Below, in pieces: positions 63,652 through 64,000 of a stretch of DNA of 64,000 nucleotides (position 1 is the first letter of the stretch; each line of letters opens with the position of its first letter). The stretch comes from Diplonema japonicum. Lineage: Eukaryota > Protista > Euglenozoa: Diplonemea. Made by a program: the position numbers and the translations under genes. Location of the stretch: contig OZ025668.1 in the NCBI GenBank assembly GCA_964019335.1, positions 620,001 to 684,000 of the forward strand, given 5' to 3'. The notes under the pieces were generated by a model that worked only from the letters and a program-made list of their open reading frames with translations, ran no database searches and was not told the DNA's origin.

Positions 63652-64000
63652 TATTCCTTTATAGGAGATTAGGTTGATGAGTGAAGATCTAAAGAAATAA
63701 AAGTTAGTTTTTGAACTCTTTTCTGCTTCCTTGTGACAATGTGACAAAACCCAACTTGCGATGCAATGATGCAATGTCACACCGTGTATTCCTGTGGAAT
63801 GAGTGCTTTGGCAGAACGAGGCAGAACATGGCAGAACAAGGAATTCCTTACCTTTTTTTATTTTTTCCTTCTTTTTTTCTCTTTCTTTTTTCAAGGCAAA
63901 CTTATAGATAAAGACCCCACATTGGGCCACAAATGTGTGGTGAGTTGCTCACCCCCTACCCAAAAGTGAGTAAAGTGTCTGTTAAAGAAAAGCAATGATA

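Overview
Eukaryotic (protist) nuclear DNA, most likely a euglenozoan and probably a diplonemid. That assignment is inference from gene organisation and protein types, not a database result. All ~29 supportable genes lie on the minus strand as one unidirectional cluster, often only 60-110 nt from stop to the next ATG. I resolved 20 canonical GT-AG cis-introns by hand: 17 are 31-44 nt, the donor is mostly GTATG, and the acceptor is CA-rich with no polypyrimidine tract. Every reconstructed CDS sums to a multiple of 3. Recognisable genes: cyclin N-terminus, EF-hand protein, GT47 exostosin, PEX2, two identical bacterial-type thiolases, CCCH zinc-finger protein, lipoxygenase, ERCC1, LAMTOR5, zeta-toxin-like kinase, BSD protein, PH-coiled-coil-PDZ protein, MsrB-like, Mpv17, PPR, metallophosphoesterase, TFIIE-beta, mucin-stalk multi-TM protein, PI4K-II, WH2 protein, a 61-aa 3-exon microprotein, M14 carboxypeptidase, BBS1, receptor-type RING ligase, TMEM107 and a degenerate TrmA/P-loop fusion. 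Most notable: 3'-biased mini-introns, ultra-short intergenic spacers, a G-to-C switch at synonymous sites along genes, a 9-kb homopolymer desert behind the CCCH gene, a dispersed ~165-bp element, and likely HGT enzymes. No rRNA, tRNA or CRISPR was found.
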